The notes beneath the pieces were generated by a model. That model had not been told where the DNA came from and did not search any database. It saw only the letters and a list, made by a program, of their open reading frames with translations. The translations under genes and the position numbers were made by a program. Shown in pieces: positions 11,409-25,000 of a stretch of DNA of 64,000 nucleotides (positions are counted from its first letter, which is position 1; each line of letters opens with the position of its first letter). The stretch is from Lama guanicoe (lineage: Eukaryota), in contig MU053304.1 of NCBI GenBank assembly GCA_013239625.1, positions 1,116,001 to 1,180,000 of the forward strand, read 5' to 3'.

Positions 11409-13746
11409 TTAAATTACAGGGCCAGCCAGATATTCTGATAAGAAATTTACTTTTCCTCAGGAGAAAGGAAATGCTTCCATGGCATTGTTAACAACTGTAT
11501 ACATCTCCACCTTTTTTTTTTTTTTTAAGGGTTAAAAGTCACATTGAATAACTGACATATGTAAAATTAAACCTGGAGAACACAAAAGAAATCACTTCCA
11601 GTATAATAGTTTTGGTAATATGAATATATTAAATGATAACTTCAAATGCAACTTTTCAACTTGAATGTTTTCACATTTTTGTTTAAAAACAACAAAACCC
11701 CCCAAAGTCTCAACTATCCCCAGATTCCAATGCGACAGTAACACCTCAGTGTTGTCTCTGACATGCCGTCATGTCATCCACACCAAGGCTCCAGTGCTGC
11801 GACGGCACTGCTGAAGTGGAAGCTGTTTTGTTGTTTCGAGTTCTAAGAACCAGCTTGACAAGGAAACCTTCCTTCCACTTGGGGTAATTACTGTTCTTGC
11901 ACTGAATCCAGGTACCCAGCACTGGACCACGAGAAGCAGAACGATGCATCACGGCCTAGTCTGCCTTTCTAAACTCTTGGGTATTTCCACTTCAGGGAGC
12001 CTGGATCACTCTCTACTTCCAACAGAAAAACATGAATTATTTTACACAGATTTGGGTAAAGACAGCCTCAGAAAAACCAATTATAATGTAGACTGCCATT
12101 TGAATGAAACAGAATAAAACACATCTGTATTTTCTGGAGGTATTTTCCTAACTAGTGCTCCTAGAAGATCTTAAAGTCTGCTGAAACATCAATTGGGAGT
12201 CTCATTTTACTGGCTGATAAATAATTTCAATTAGTAAGAGAGGCTAGCAAAGAATAATTATATAAATTTCTTAATCAGCTACAGCCATGCTGAATTCGAA
12301 CTGGCAGACTCTGATTTGTAAGTTGTTAGTTGTGATCTTCATATCACTAAGATGAACAAATACCATTCTAACTTTACATAGATATATTCTAGGAGATGCT
12401 GTTCTGCCGTGGTCACAGTAACAAAAAGGTGGTGCAAAATCAGTTACTTTATAAATACTGATAATTTGCAGCATTAAGGAACAGAACATTAAAAAAAAAT
12501 AAATTTCCCCATAGGACACCTATGACTAGGAACTCTTCTTTTCCTAAGAGAAGCCAAAGTTTTAATTATTCAGTTTCACAACTATTGTACTGGATTACTT
12601 ACTCTAAGAAAGAAAAGGTGCTCTACAGAGGTCTCCCACACACACAAAGAATCAGCGTTAATTTAGCATAATCGGGATCATTCACAGATCTGGCGAGCTC
12701 ATGACTCATTTAAATGAATAAGGCCAATATTATGCAGGAAAGTGTAGCTGACTGAGTTCCAGGTCTGTACTGTAGCCTATTGATGGCACCCCATTAGATA
12801 ACTGAATATAAAGGATTGGTTTACTTCTTTTTCTTTTAATGCTGTGATACTTAAATGTTAAATCAGCATTTTCGTGTGATTTGAAGTATTTCAATTACAT
12901 ATGAGCATTCATTTTTTGCAAAAACTCAATATTAGGTAATAGTTACATACTAATACAATAACATTCCTCTGCTGTACAAATTAAATCATTTAAAAGAAAT
13001 GAGCATTCTAAGAATTATATACAAAAGAAACTTGTAAGCATCATTGAAATGAAATGTGAGGTGTTGTTGCTAGCTCTACTGTTTTAAAATACCTTCAAAA
13101 AGTAAAATTAACAATACCCTTCAACATATCCAGGTTTACGAGTCTCAAGAAAATCAACTGTCAAAAAATTCTAGAAAGCTGTGAAAAGCATATATACATT
13201 TTCCTTATGACCTTATGAAGCTCCACACTTCTGAGAAGTTGCTAAGTTTCAATATCAATTTATTCATGTATCAACTTTATTCACCCAGAAAGCTCACATC
13301 TTGGATATAGTTCCCCTATGATTTCAAATAAAGCTCTACACGATCTCCCATTAGTGAAGGCATACAATCTTACCAAGAATCTGCGCTCAGATCTTTCAGG
13401 TTTACTCTGATAACATCAATGCCCTCCTTCCCTAAAACACACTATCATCTATCCATTTGCCTTCATGAACCTAGCCGTGTTCAGAACTCCTACAGCCAAC
13501 GGAGTCTTTGAATTCTGAAATGACACCAAGATCAAGAGAAAGTCCACGTGTGCTCTAGTGTGCAAGAAAGCAGCAGCTACGTTCTCCAACTTGGACTGAA
13601 AGACAACGAAAAAGGTAAAATGAAAACCGTTCACTTAACAGCAGATTAGCAGTAATGTTCCTCATGAATCGATAACAGTGCCTGATGCTGAATAGCTAAC
13701 AGCAGATGCTGAATTTGGATTTAACATTTTAGATGTTTACTGGAAA
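11385..13746 (-). other. CAB39: CAB39 3'UTR (about 2.4 kb)
   Basis: AT-rich stretch with no recognised repeats, running from the stop codon to the distal poly(A) signal; the cleavage position is inferred. Confidence 0.8.
13624..13631 (-). promoter_or_regulatory. miR-451 seed-match site in the CAB39 3'UTR
   Basis: mRNA AACGGTTT is complementary to miR-451 nt 1-8 (AAACCGUU) and lies about 116 nt after the stop. CAB39 is an established miR-451 target. Confidence 0.85.
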
Positions 13747-13935
13747 TTAGGCTTCTTGCTGAGCTGGTCTCTTCAAATCCCTGATCTGTTTAACTAAATA
13801 GGTCTTCTCATCGTTAAACTGCTCATCCTCGGTCCTGTCATTCTGGAACTTGCTGAGGAACTCTATGAGTTTGGTCTGGTTCTTGAGGAGGATGTCAAGG
13901 ATGGGCTGCGTCTTATTAGGATTGGCCACAAACAC
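13747..13935 (-). CDS. CAB39: CAB39 last exon, coding part (189 nt including TAA)
   Basis: [62 protein letters not shown]; acceptor ttctgcag|. Exon lengths sum to 114+165+119+169+60+66+144+189 = 1026 nt, an intact 341-aa frame. Confidence 0.98.
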   Translation of the reverse strand: MFVANPNKTQPILDILLKNQTKLIEFLSKFQNDRTEDEQFNDEKTYLVKQIRDLKRPAQQEA

Positions 13936-14567
13936 CTGCAGAAAGAATACACATCAGCCACAGGGAAAGGACGACACGGAGACATCCACCTTGCAGGTGG
14001 CAGAGCACGTGCAGTGCACAAGCCAGGGCTTCCCTGGGCGCGTGGTGAAGTCAGGATGATGAGCTCAGAGGTTCTTCCTTTGGAAGACCTTATCTTACAA
14101 TTTAAAAAAAGAGAGAGAGAATTACATGTTTCAGCACAAAAAGGACTGATGTTCGTTCATGCTCTGAAACTCAGTTGGTATTTATAAATTTAGACTTTGA
14201 TTTTAGAATAAAATGAGCAGAAATTATGTCTGGGCACAGGAGATCAGAATGGATTTTAAGAACAAAAACTTTTCATGGAAACCATTAAGAAGTGGATTAC
14301 CCTTTACTTCGTGATTAATAATTTTCTATGCCAAAGATAAACGACACTCCTCTACAAAAAACTTTTCTTATTCCCAAATCTAAATGGTATATACCCTATT
14401 TCTGGGTCTATTTTTGTTTAAAATGTTGTACCACACAAATATGAAAACTGAACTCAAGTGGGTGACTTAGATTACCAAAATGAGGCTAGTAAAATTTCAG
14501 TAATTTGTAAATGAAATAAGATGAACAACTCTAGAGGAAAACAATGTTTCTGGTTTTAGTTCTCTAC

Positions 14568-14711
14568 CTTAAAAACGTGAAAGGCCTCAAACTGGATGTT
14601 CCGGCTTTTGTCTCGTAGAAGATTCATCATTAATTTGAGGTTCTCAGGTTTACTGATGTATTTTGTCATAATTGTGAAGTTGTGTCTGTCTAATAGAAGT
14701 TCACCGAGAAG
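14568..14711 (-). CDS. CAB39: CAB39 exon 8 (144 nt)
   Basis: [48 protein letters not shown]; acceptor ttttctcag|, donor AAG|GTAGAG. Confidence 0.97.
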
Positions 14712-15559
14712 CTGAGAAAACATTTGAACATTAGCATTCGGATTTGAAGTAAAAATGAAAGTTTTAAAAACAATTCACTTAATAATCATCATTATTAACC
14801 ATGGAGTATTAGGAGTCCCCTAAAAGACTGATGAACTGTACTGAATTATAACCTAAAAGCTAACGAGTGCCTACTGTTTACTACTTGAACACCTACCTTT
14901 TCTTTTGGAGTTTAAAACCATGGCGAGTCTGACACTGCTCCCTGAAGAGGACATTCAAGGCACATTTTGCCCAGAATCTGAGACTGTCAGAACCTGTTCT
15001 GTAAGCATGCATTTGTGTTATCTTACTAAAAAGAAACTATCCAAGAAAAGCGATCAGAAGATAAGTTACTGAATAACTATAAACCTTTGCTGAATTAAAA
15101 AAATTTTTTTTACTATTTTTAAGTTTTATTTATCTGAACTTCACAGGACAAAGGGTTTCATCATGTCCAACGTTTTCTATCACTTACCCCTAGGCACACC
15201 AGATTCATCACATTTATCTTGTCTGTTCAGAAAGGTTTATAAAAACAAATACTGTTCCTTCTTAAGCAAAGCATCCTGAAGATACTCTAAGCTTTTTTTT
15301 AGTGATTCTTCAACATTACTAATGACATCAATTAAACTAAAAAAAGTCTATGCCTTCAGCTAAGTCTGTGCTTACTGAGGTCTATGGAATTTTAAAATTG
15401 TTCCCGTTTGTACTAGATTTCTCTTTTTCTGAAACCAGCAGTCACCTCTTCACATTGTCAGTGTGCCAACTTCTAGTCAAGGTCTAGTGTGCAGGTGGTA
15501 TAACCTAATGGGAACAGGGACCAAGCTGCAGTGCTCATGGACAGATGCAGAAGCAGAGT

Positions 15560-15765
15560 TGTGGAGAGCCTGGCCCCTGGCAACAGCCTGCCTGGGTTCA
15601 AATCCTGGCTCCCTACTCCTGTGAGCTCTGTAACCTAGAACATGTTATTTAGCTTCCGTGCCTCAGTTTCATTGTCTGGACAATGGGAGTGGGTAATGGT
15701 ACCTACATCATATGAGAGTGTAGTGAGAAATAAAAGCAGGAATACGTGCAAAGCACGTTGGACCT
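15560..15765 (+). mobile_element. MIR SINE
   Basis: cctgggttcaaatcctggctcc...gcctcagtttc...atggtacctac...tgcaaagcac. Confidence 0.75.
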
Positions 15766-17475
15766 GAGCCTGAAGAGACATGGAGTGAGGCCTGAGGTAA
15801 GGAAAACGCACGAATATAGAGCTACTTTCCCATGGTTTACTTGCTTTTGTTAATTCCTTTCTGGGTTCCTGGTTATGATCTAGATACTTGAAGTTCTCAG
15901 ATAACTGATCTCTAGATAAATAACGTATCATCGTAGTAAATCAAAAATAACCCGATGTGCAGCAAAACAAATCTATTCTACTTAGGATTTATAAAGAATT
16001 TACAGGAAGAATTCAAAAGCTCAGACAGGCTTCACATCAATCTGAATCACAAAATCTCCACCTTTAAAGTAAGGAGCCCAGTATTTAGTCTTATGGAGGC
16101 TCAAAAGTTATTATTTAAGTATGTGAAGGTTTATAGATTTACTGGTGTTTGTTTTCTATCACAGAAACCAAGGAAATACTGAAAATGGCTCATTTCAGTT
16201 TGATTATCTAGACGAGGATGACTGGTAATTTAAAAAATTTCTTTGGCCATAGAAATAAAAAGATTGAAGTTTGGTACAGGGAATACAAATTTGCTGGTAA
16301 AATAAATATGGGGACAAATAAATGCCAGTGTGGCTGCAAAAAAGACAGTACAAATTAAAATATATTTCTAAAGTACCACTGGTCCTCAAAATTGCTTCCT
16401 GTGTTCATGAGAAACAGCAGGAATGAAAGGCTTGCTTCATTTCCATTACCAAGGTCCTGAAAATGGCAGTCAATCTTCCTTTTCATGTTGGTAATTCTGA
16501 AGTGGCAGAAAGCCTTTCTCTTTATATAAGCAGCCCAAGAATTCAGAATTTGGTCAAAGTCTATTGATTTGAAAGAAAGAAAGAAAAAAAATCCCCTGCC
16601 CTGTGAAGAGGTATTGGCCCTGGAAGCTAGTATCCTACGCAATCCTCTCTAGCCTCCTTGGCCTCAGAAAACACTGACTCCATCCAGCTGGGGAGAGCAG
16701 GACATCCTGGCCCTCGGATATGAAGAAGCTCCTGGAGTAGGGCCACTTCCCTCTGAGGACCACAGGGGAACCTGCCTATATTACACTGATGCAGAGGGAG
16801 GAACAACTCCTTAAACAGCTGCCAGATGTACTGCATCCACCCCTGAAAATGAGAGGACTGTTCCCGTCAGCTATCAGAATCACCAGCGACCATCTAGGCA
16901 GCACACCTGGAGATGGAGAACAGGTTATGGATCCCTGACACTGGGCCAACGGAAGACCAGGAAGCTAGGCCCAAGCAAGAGCAACGAGTGGGAAACACCC
17001 CAGCCTGACCGGGACACTTTAGTAGTGACACATTTCCCAGCTATGGCCATTACTGGCCCTCAGTTATAGAAGTCATAGCCTTAAGGAGAATGAAGGAAGT
17101 AGCTGGTCAGGTGAAAAGGGATCTTTTGGAAATCTGGATGGCAGAGAGTATTCTCATCAAAGGACACAAAGTACAACGGACGCTCCTGATGTCCTTTAGT
17201 CAATTTCCACAGAAATATATGGTTTTTAAGAGTGATATCCTCATAGTAGGAGAATTAGGAATGGAGTGTCTTGATCAAAATGGATTCAGACATCTCTGAG
17301 GGGAAGGTCTCTGGGCAGAGTAGAATTTAAAATGGACCTGGCAAAAAATATAAATGGAACTACAATTTCCCCTCCCCCCAAATCCTTTGTGATTCCATCT
17401 ATAGCTCCCGTCAGGACCACTAACTGGCAGAATGAGGGGTGTGCATTTATTAACTGAGGTATGAACTTTCTAGAT

Positions 17476-17694
17476 CAGTGGTCAGTAAACTTTCTGTAAA
17501 GAGCCAGACAGTAAATATTTCAGACTTTGCAAGCCATACAGTCTCTGGGGCAACCATTCATATCTGCTGTTGTAGCCAAAACAGCCACAGATGATATGTA
17601 AATAAATGAATGTATCTCTTCCCAATAAAACTTTATTTACAAAAAAAGGCAGTGGGCTGGATTCAGCCCACGGGCTGTAGTTTGCCAACCCTTG
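17476..17694 (+). mobile_element. MER58A-like hAT-Charlie MITE with TIRs and 8-bp TSD
   Basis: Termini cagtggtcagtaaact / agtttgccaacccttg; TSD ttctagat (17468-17475) and ttctagag (17695-17702). Confidence 0.85.
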
Positions 17695-18186
17695 TTCTAG
17701 AGTTTTAAATCTTATATTTAATTTCAAATGGAATTGCCCACATCCTATTCTGACACAAAGCAGCCAAACCCGTCTATGGTTCCCAGTGTCACTGCTCCCG
17801 GCCGTGCCCTCCCCTCGCACAGCAAGCCCGTGCCAGCCACCCAGCAGCATCCCGGGGAGCACAGCACCCGCACTGCCTTCAACTCGCTGATATGCGTCTA
17901 AGTGTTAAAAAAAAAAAGGCTTCGAAATCTAAAATACTTCATTGCTAAGAAATTAAATCTTCTCCAAAATTCTGTATATTCCATTTTGGTATCCCTAATG
18001 CGCAAGGAAGTGAGCAGGGGAAGGGGCCCTGCCTGGACCACTGCTGAAGCCTGCTCCTTTCCACAAAAATCATGACCGTGGACTTTCCCTGCAAAGGTCT
18101 AGGACTCCTACCAGCATATATCCCTTTCCCCAAATACACATTTCAAGCACGGAGTGGAGAGATAAATTACTTGAAACGTGTCATAC

Positions 18187-18252
18187 CTTGAGCGACTGCC
18201 TTTTTGTCACATAATTTTCTGAATGAAGTAACTTCTCATATTCACTGAAGAA
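18187..18252 (-). CDS. CAB39: CAB39 exon 7 (66 nt)
   Basis: FFSEYEKLLHSENYVTKRQSLK; acceptor tcttttag|, donor AAG|GTATGA. Confidence 0.97.
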
Positions 18253-20736
18253 CTAAAAGACAAGAAAACACATATCAGAATTTTTTTTTTTTAAGACTGG
18301 TAGGTAACATTAAAAAGCTTAAGTACAAACTTCTAACACTACAAAAGCCAACTGCTGCCCGAGCTCACCTCTTCCCATCTGTTTCACACCCATCCTCGGG
18401 GTGACAACCTGCTGGTTACCTCCGTGAAAAAGGCTCCTCGTACCAACCCCCCTGCTCAAGCAAGGAGTGCAGATACCTTAAATCTGGTCCTCTTCTGTCA
18501 GCCAAACTCCATATGCACAAAACTTAACTCCCTTTCCTCATACTGTTTTCTCATTGTTGAGTCAGCTCTCATTTTTTGGTATTAGAAAATTGGTATTTGT
18601 TACAACTCAGCTAGTCCAAAGCACAACAACAAAGAAAAAAGTTACCTGTTCTTGCAAAGCAAGAAGAGAAAATAATTAAAAATTGAGAGGACAAATTCAG
18701 CACTGCTAAATAGGTAGGTGTCCCACAGAAGGCGGGAATTATTGAAGTTATTCTCAAGGAGAGCTGTCTGGTTAGACTAGACCCCTGGCTCAGGAAGAAG
18801 GGATGGGACGGAAAGAGGACGGGCACTGTGTGAGCTCCTCCAGGCTTGCTCTCTGCGAGCGGCGCTTCAGCCCAGCGTTTTACTTACTGCAGAGTCACCC
18901 TCGGGCACTGCGTGCCTACACGACACTAATTCAATTCCCATCTAAGGATGCCAACTGGAGAAATTTGTTTCAGGTCCCGGTGCTAAAAAAGGTTGTTTCT
19001 TTTGAACAAGCATGTTTTGCTTTACAGATACTCTGATCTTTCAGTTGGTTTTGTTTCCCCCTATGCTTTGATTATTAGAAAGCTCAAAGCCAAAATATAC
19101 AGATTTGAGAGCATGCATTATTTTGTGCAATAACTCCACCCCGGCATAATTTAAACTGCACACATCTTCCCACTTGCCATCTCCTCCCTCATATCTGACT
19201 GCATTGTGCATATATATACTTTTCTGTCAGTTTTGCACAAAAATTTTCTAAAATCTTGTCACCTGATGTCATCCATTAATAACACACAGGAAAATATTTA
19301 AAAATTAAACTGATGTCACTGCCTGTAGTAAATTTCTTGGAAATTAGTTTCTATCTTTGGCAGGCTTTAAATAAGATACACATATGTTCAATTAAAACAA
19401 TCTTTGAGACCATGTGGTAGTAAAAATAATATAGCCAGTGTTTATTAAATGCTTCCTGTGTTCCAGGCTCTATGTCACGAACTTGACACACATGGTCTAA
19501 CCTTCAGGACAGCCCTGCAGTAAACAGGAGCTACTCTGAGGGTGGATGAAGGCGGCTGCCCAAGGTCTGGTAGCACACGGTGGAGCTGGGACTTGAAGCC
19601 AAACTGCACGCAGTCTGGTGCTGAGGCCCACGCTTCTAACTACTGTAAAAGGCACCAACAAAATGGCACCAACAGAAAGAAACACACCCACATCCAAATG
19701 CACCCGGACAGAAATAAAAAAAACTGACCAGCAATGTTTAAGCCATTTAAGAAGCTACTTATGAGGGAATTACTACGTACTTGGCACCGTGTTACGACGC
19801 TACTTGGAGTGGGAGGGAAAGTAATGAAAGAATTAGAAAGCATAGGTTTGCTTCCAAGACTCTTCTGCTTTCATTGACCAGCACAGTGAACAATGAGGTG
19901 TTAATAATACCCAGGATTTTAAAAGTTCAAACAACTAGTGGAAGGAGGAAACCCAAGCCAAATCGTGGGGAAGAGACAGAAATTTTAGGTGGCCCTTCGT
20001 TACTGTAACTTCTCTAGGAGCGCCCTGAGATCTTGGACAACGCGTACATGTAACTAGTTCCGCAGAAGGAAGTGCTCGTGGCTGCGTGGCGCGCAGAGCT
20101 GACACGTGGCAGAAGGCAACACAGGACACTGCTGCTGTGACGATCGGAGCTGCCAGGCTGGCAGTGTACTCAGAACTGGTTACAGACCTCTGGGGATTCT
20201 ACATCGGGAAGTCTGACATCAACTCAAGCTGGAGGGGGCCGTGTCGCTGGGCCACGCCAATGTCTTCACTTTACAAAGGAGGGCAGACTTCAGTCCCCCT
20301 GCAGTGATGGCCACGAGTCAGCAGCGGGCCAGGGGCAGAACTGGCTGCCGCCTTCTCCAGGCTAGTGCTCTATCAGCTGCTACCTCCTTTCCGTCTGTCT
20401 AGAAGCAGCAGGACTGTGAGCAACTAACGGAAAATAAGGGGAAGTTAAGAAGTCCTTTTATTTTAACTGTGTATTACCATTCAGCAGCAAAGTGCCTTTA
20501 TTTTCCTCTTCTAAAGCAAGAAAAGATGCAAGGGGGTGTGTCATCAAAAAGATAAAATTCTGCTTCTGACCAAGTAATGCCCTATACTTTGTTTCAGTAG
20601 AAAAATGATTACAGCACCAAGTACTAACATTGTATTTCCAAAATACATATTCTGGTACAAAATCTAATTAAAATCTTTCATTTCTGGTAACAAAATCTAC
20701 AATTTGCTATTTTAAAATAGTGTTTAATATACTTAC

Positions 20737-20796
20737 TCTATCATAATGCTGTTCCAAAAATTCTGCACTGAGCAACTTATGTCTTGTAAGTAAATC
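20737..20796 (-). CDS. CAB39: CAB39 exon 6 (60 nt)
   Basis: DLLTRHKLLSAEFLEQHYDR; acceptor ttttctag|, donor AGA|GTAAGT. Confidence 0.97.
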
Positions 20797-23700
20797 CTAG
20801 AAAAAGAAAATATACTCTTTACAGTTGTTTAGCATTCAAGTTCTTTTAGAAAAGAGAATCCTAAACATTCCACGCCATTTTACCTGATAAAAACTGTAGT
20901 TAAAAATTACTATACTTTAAAACACTTGCGCATAAATTGTATTGCAAATGTTGATTCTATGCAAGAGCAAATAAAATCATTAATGATTTGAAATTGTTAT
21001 TGTAATGATTATGATTGTCACAGGTCTATAGTTCTTAGAAGGAAAAATTAAAAAGCAAACATGAAAGGCAATGGAGATAAAAACCCAATGAAAGGGAATC
21101 AAGAATTGAAGTGAAGTAAAAGTAAACATTTGTGATAAAATGTCAAATAGCATACTGCTCCTGGTGGAGAAAGGAAATTTCTTTTATTAGAAAAAGTACT
21201 GGAGGTCCCATTTTCTTCCTAAATTCAGTTTCATATTGACTGCAATCTTTTTTCAGAGGCAGAAAGTTTTTCAAAAGTCCGATCATATTACAACATCAGC
21301 TCGTAAGTCAGCGGACTAATGCTGCAGACACGTGGAACCAAAGCCAGCATGAACTAGAGTCCAATTCTGCATCCCTATGAAATAGAGCCTAGGCCTCATC
21401 CCACAGCTTTCCCTGGGAACGACTCAAGGATCATTCATTCAGAAAACATCTACTATGTGCCAGGTAAAGTTCTAGGTGCTGGGGCTATGCAGACAGAAAG
21501 ATGTGGTCCCTGCCTTCAAGGACCTAGAAGTTAGCAATGGACTAGCCTTGGTCTCCTCAGGTGGGGATGAGAATGGGAATATGTGACAGCAGGAACGGCC
21601 AGTTGATCTCTGGTGACTTAATTAACAGAATTCTTTTAGAGCTGCCTACCGGAGAGGTCAGTGCCAATAATTAATTCCCTTTCTCCAAAACAACTTTCCA
21701 TATTTGTTTTCTTTGCTCTTTATGTTCTGAGTTACCCAGGTTACGATGAACTCGTGTTTCCTGAAGTATGTCCAGTACAACACTGGTCCTGAAAAGCGCT
21801 CTAAGGAATGTTCCATGGCCAACAAATGTGGAAATGCTGCTGCAACTCTGGTTCCCCCGTGGGAATCCATCAGGTCTCAAGAATCAAGAGATTCTGCAGG
21901 GAGCAATTCTGTTCCCTGTTTTGTTAACATCCTTCCCTGAAAGGCTTTCTATGCACAGGCTTTCCCCTTGGCCTGGTTACTTACTACCTTCGGACCTCAA
22001 CTCAGGCATCACTTCCATAGTGAGCCCTTCCTGACTGGTCACTGGCACCAAAACATGGTCACAGTTATGACTTTACATCTGTGGGATGATTTTATTAATG
22101 TCTCACTCACGGTAGACTGTAAATTCTATAAATACAAAGGTCAGGTCTATTTTCACTAACTTCTGAACCCCCAGCACCCATGCAGTACCCAGCACATAAT
22201 AAGAGCTTAATATTTAATAAATGAATGAACCAACAGAATCAGGGAACATGTTTGGGAAAACATCACATTAAGCAATCTTCAAAGTATGCTTTAAGAAGGC
22301 TTCTAACTCCACCCCAAAGATTTACAGGTGTCCAAACTGCTGGATAGGGTATGTGTCCTATGACCATGGAAGAGCTACCCAGTTCCTCCCAAATCCCCCT
22401 TGGGGATTAAAACAGGCAAAATTAGAAAACCTGGAGTTTATTTTGAGTACCTTCACGAATCTGGAAAGAAAAATGATATGAGGCTTCCCCATATGGGGAA
22501 GGAGGAGACAGTGGGGGAAGAAGAATTTGTATTATGTGAGTATATGGGTCCACGGCATCAGACGTGAGGGAGAGAGGAATGTGCCAACTTTAAGCGAATT
22601 TATCAAGCATGCTTCTTAAAGAGCGTGTCCCTCCTCTAAGATGCTACTATGATCTGTTTATGAAGGTCTCGCCTGTGTAGGAGCCTCAAGGGCAGGGTCT
22701 GTCTGGACGGCTCACCACTGAACCCCAGCACCTAAGGAATAGTGCCCAACACAAGGTGGGCACTCCAGACTCATGAAACAGTGAATATGCCAATTTAAGG
22801 ACTGCTCTGTCTGGACCCAGGCAAGGCTGACTGTTTTGTGGCTGAGTCTTTCTGGAGGCCAGCATGAGGAAGTACAGCGACAGGAACCGGGCGCTCGCTG
22901 CTCCGTCATGAATCTGATGAAAGAGAATGCCAGAGGAGGGGACTTACAGACTACGGCTCTCAACTGCATTCTCAGGGACAGGCAGGTAGAAAGTGTTTCT
23001 CTGAAAAGCGGAGATCCTAAACATGCTGTGGAAGAGTTTCTTCCTTTGGTCTGAGTAAGGAGACTGCTTGCCCTGAAGGCTGTCTCTCCAGCACGAGCCA
23101 AGGATCACAGCTGGGCCACACACAAGGGGGAACCTCAAATATTGCCCCCATCGGTGACTCTGCTTTTTATCATCTGGCTTAAAAAGACCAGGAAGCTCAG
23201 GAAACTGCCGCCAATCTAGGAATCACATCTCCATAGCCTTCAGTAGGAGAGACGGGAAAGGGTTCCTGAGACCGTGAAAGCAGGAGCCGGACCCCAGTGC
23301 ATGACAGGAGGAAAGCCCTTTGTTAAGAAGGGCCATGTGGGGCCTGGCAGGGAGAGTAAAACATTAGCAGGGAAGAAACAATTGCTGGGAGCCAGCACAC
23401 AGGAACAAGGCTGTCACTAAGCTGGGAAAAGAGGAGGCGGGGACTTGGGCAGAGCCTCTACCTCCTGAGAGGTGGGAAGAACCTTGAGATCTGGACTAGA
23501 GCCGAGAGCTCTGGAGAGCTCAAAGCAGGGTAGGGAGTCAGACACCAACAGACTAGAAAACGAAGGGAAATGGTCATATAGTCAGCATCTGGTAAGTGAC
23601 GTGCAAAGTTGACAGGGTGCACGTGGTCCCAGACCAGCAAAGTTGCTGGGTCAGCCAGCAGGGAGGGCAGAAAGAGCAGGATTTCTGACTTCCCAACCTA

Positions 23701-24109
23701 CCTAAATTCTATTATCCGGAGAAAGGTCAGGGATCATCTCCCAAGTCCAGCAGATTGAGCAGCCAACTTTTAGGGTGGGCTGAATTAAAAAGATTCCCGA
23801 AAATTACGTGAGTTTGGGTCCCAAACATCATGTGACAAAGACAGCCCTGGAATGCCTGAAGAAACACTGCTCCCAGGGAGCTGATTTTCACAGGGCCTCA
23901 GCAAGTCGTGTGGCCCAAACTCGTGCTTGACGACTACGTCCAAGGACAAGAGACTCGATTCTTCCCACTGCGTGGTTCGCCTTTGCAGTTCTTAAAGTTA
24001 GAAAGTTCCTGCTGTGCTAGCCAAAACCTATCCCCAGGTTATTTCCAGAATCTGTCAGAGTCAACACATAGGTTTAACCCATTTTCTATAGGACCCCACT
24101 TTAAAGACA

Positions 24110-25000
24110 AGTAGTGTTCTCATGGCAAGTCCCTACCGAGTCTTCTCTTCTCCAGGCTAAATACGTCCAGTTCCTTTAACCACTCCTCGAATGACAGGTT
24201 CTGAGTCCCCCTCACCATCTACTGTCTTCTGAAAGTCATCTATTTGTCTATGTGCCTCTTAAAGTGTAGCGCCTGGAATGGAACACATTTATGTGTTGTT
24301 ACCTTATAAGCTCATAGTGGGGCGAGACCGTCAACAGCTCCTCAGATCACACACTATGTGGTCATAGGTAGCTCTGGGGCGGCAGCACCATGCTGTTTAA
24401 TTTTAGTGGACATATTCAGAATTTGTTTACTCAAGTAGGCTCTGCAGTCAGAGTCAGACTGCCTCGGTTCAAATTCTGGATTCCCCATAAACTGTCTGAC
24501 TTCACCCAACACTTCTAGGCTTCAGTTTCCTTATCTGTAAAGGAGATAATGACAATACCTCCTTCACAGGGTTGTCTGGGTGGGACACGAAATTACCTGC
24601 ATTTCAGTAATGATTACACTTGGCAACGACTACATTTAGTATCAACTGTTACTATGCCTTATTCTCAGATCTCACACTTACAGAGCTGGGTCCTCAAGTG
24701 AAAGACCGCACCAGTTATCCGTGTTTAACTTCACCTTGTTCTCTCTGGCCTCTCTGGGCCTTTATGAAGCCTTATTTTAGGACCTCTGTTTTCTGCTCTC
24801 TATCCCATCATGGCATACATTTGGTAAGTATGCTTTGTCACTTTTTATCCAAGTCTTTAACAAAAATGTTCAGTTGTGCCAAGTGAAGACAAATCCACAG
24901 AAAATTTCTCTCCAGGATGGTGGCAATTCATTTTCTGTCACCTTATAAGTTAGGAACTCTTCATGAATTACTACTCTGAAACCTCATCTAGTGCCTACCG
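24110..25000 (-). mobile_element. CR1/L3 remnant with a nested MIR (about 24437-24580, + strand)
   Basis: cttctcttctccaggctaaa...ccagttcctttaacc and atccaagtctttaacaaaaatgtt are L3-like; the MIR core is ctcggttcaaattctgg...cttcagtttccttatctgtaaa. Confidence 0.6.

Noticed and set aside
13864..13878. KNQTKL where I recall human CAB39 having KNQAKL, as a possible camelid adaptation
   Set aside because: I recall Thr in mouse as well, so it is probably the ancestral state.
14561..14570. Weak exon 8 donor AAG|GTAGAG
   Set aside because: Canonical GT with a strong exonic AAG; frame and length fit the expected exon, and no competing site is evident.
16620..17050. Possible MaLR/ERVL LTR remnant in intron 7
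   Set aside because: Composition is suggestive, but I could not place TG...CA termini or a family with confidence.
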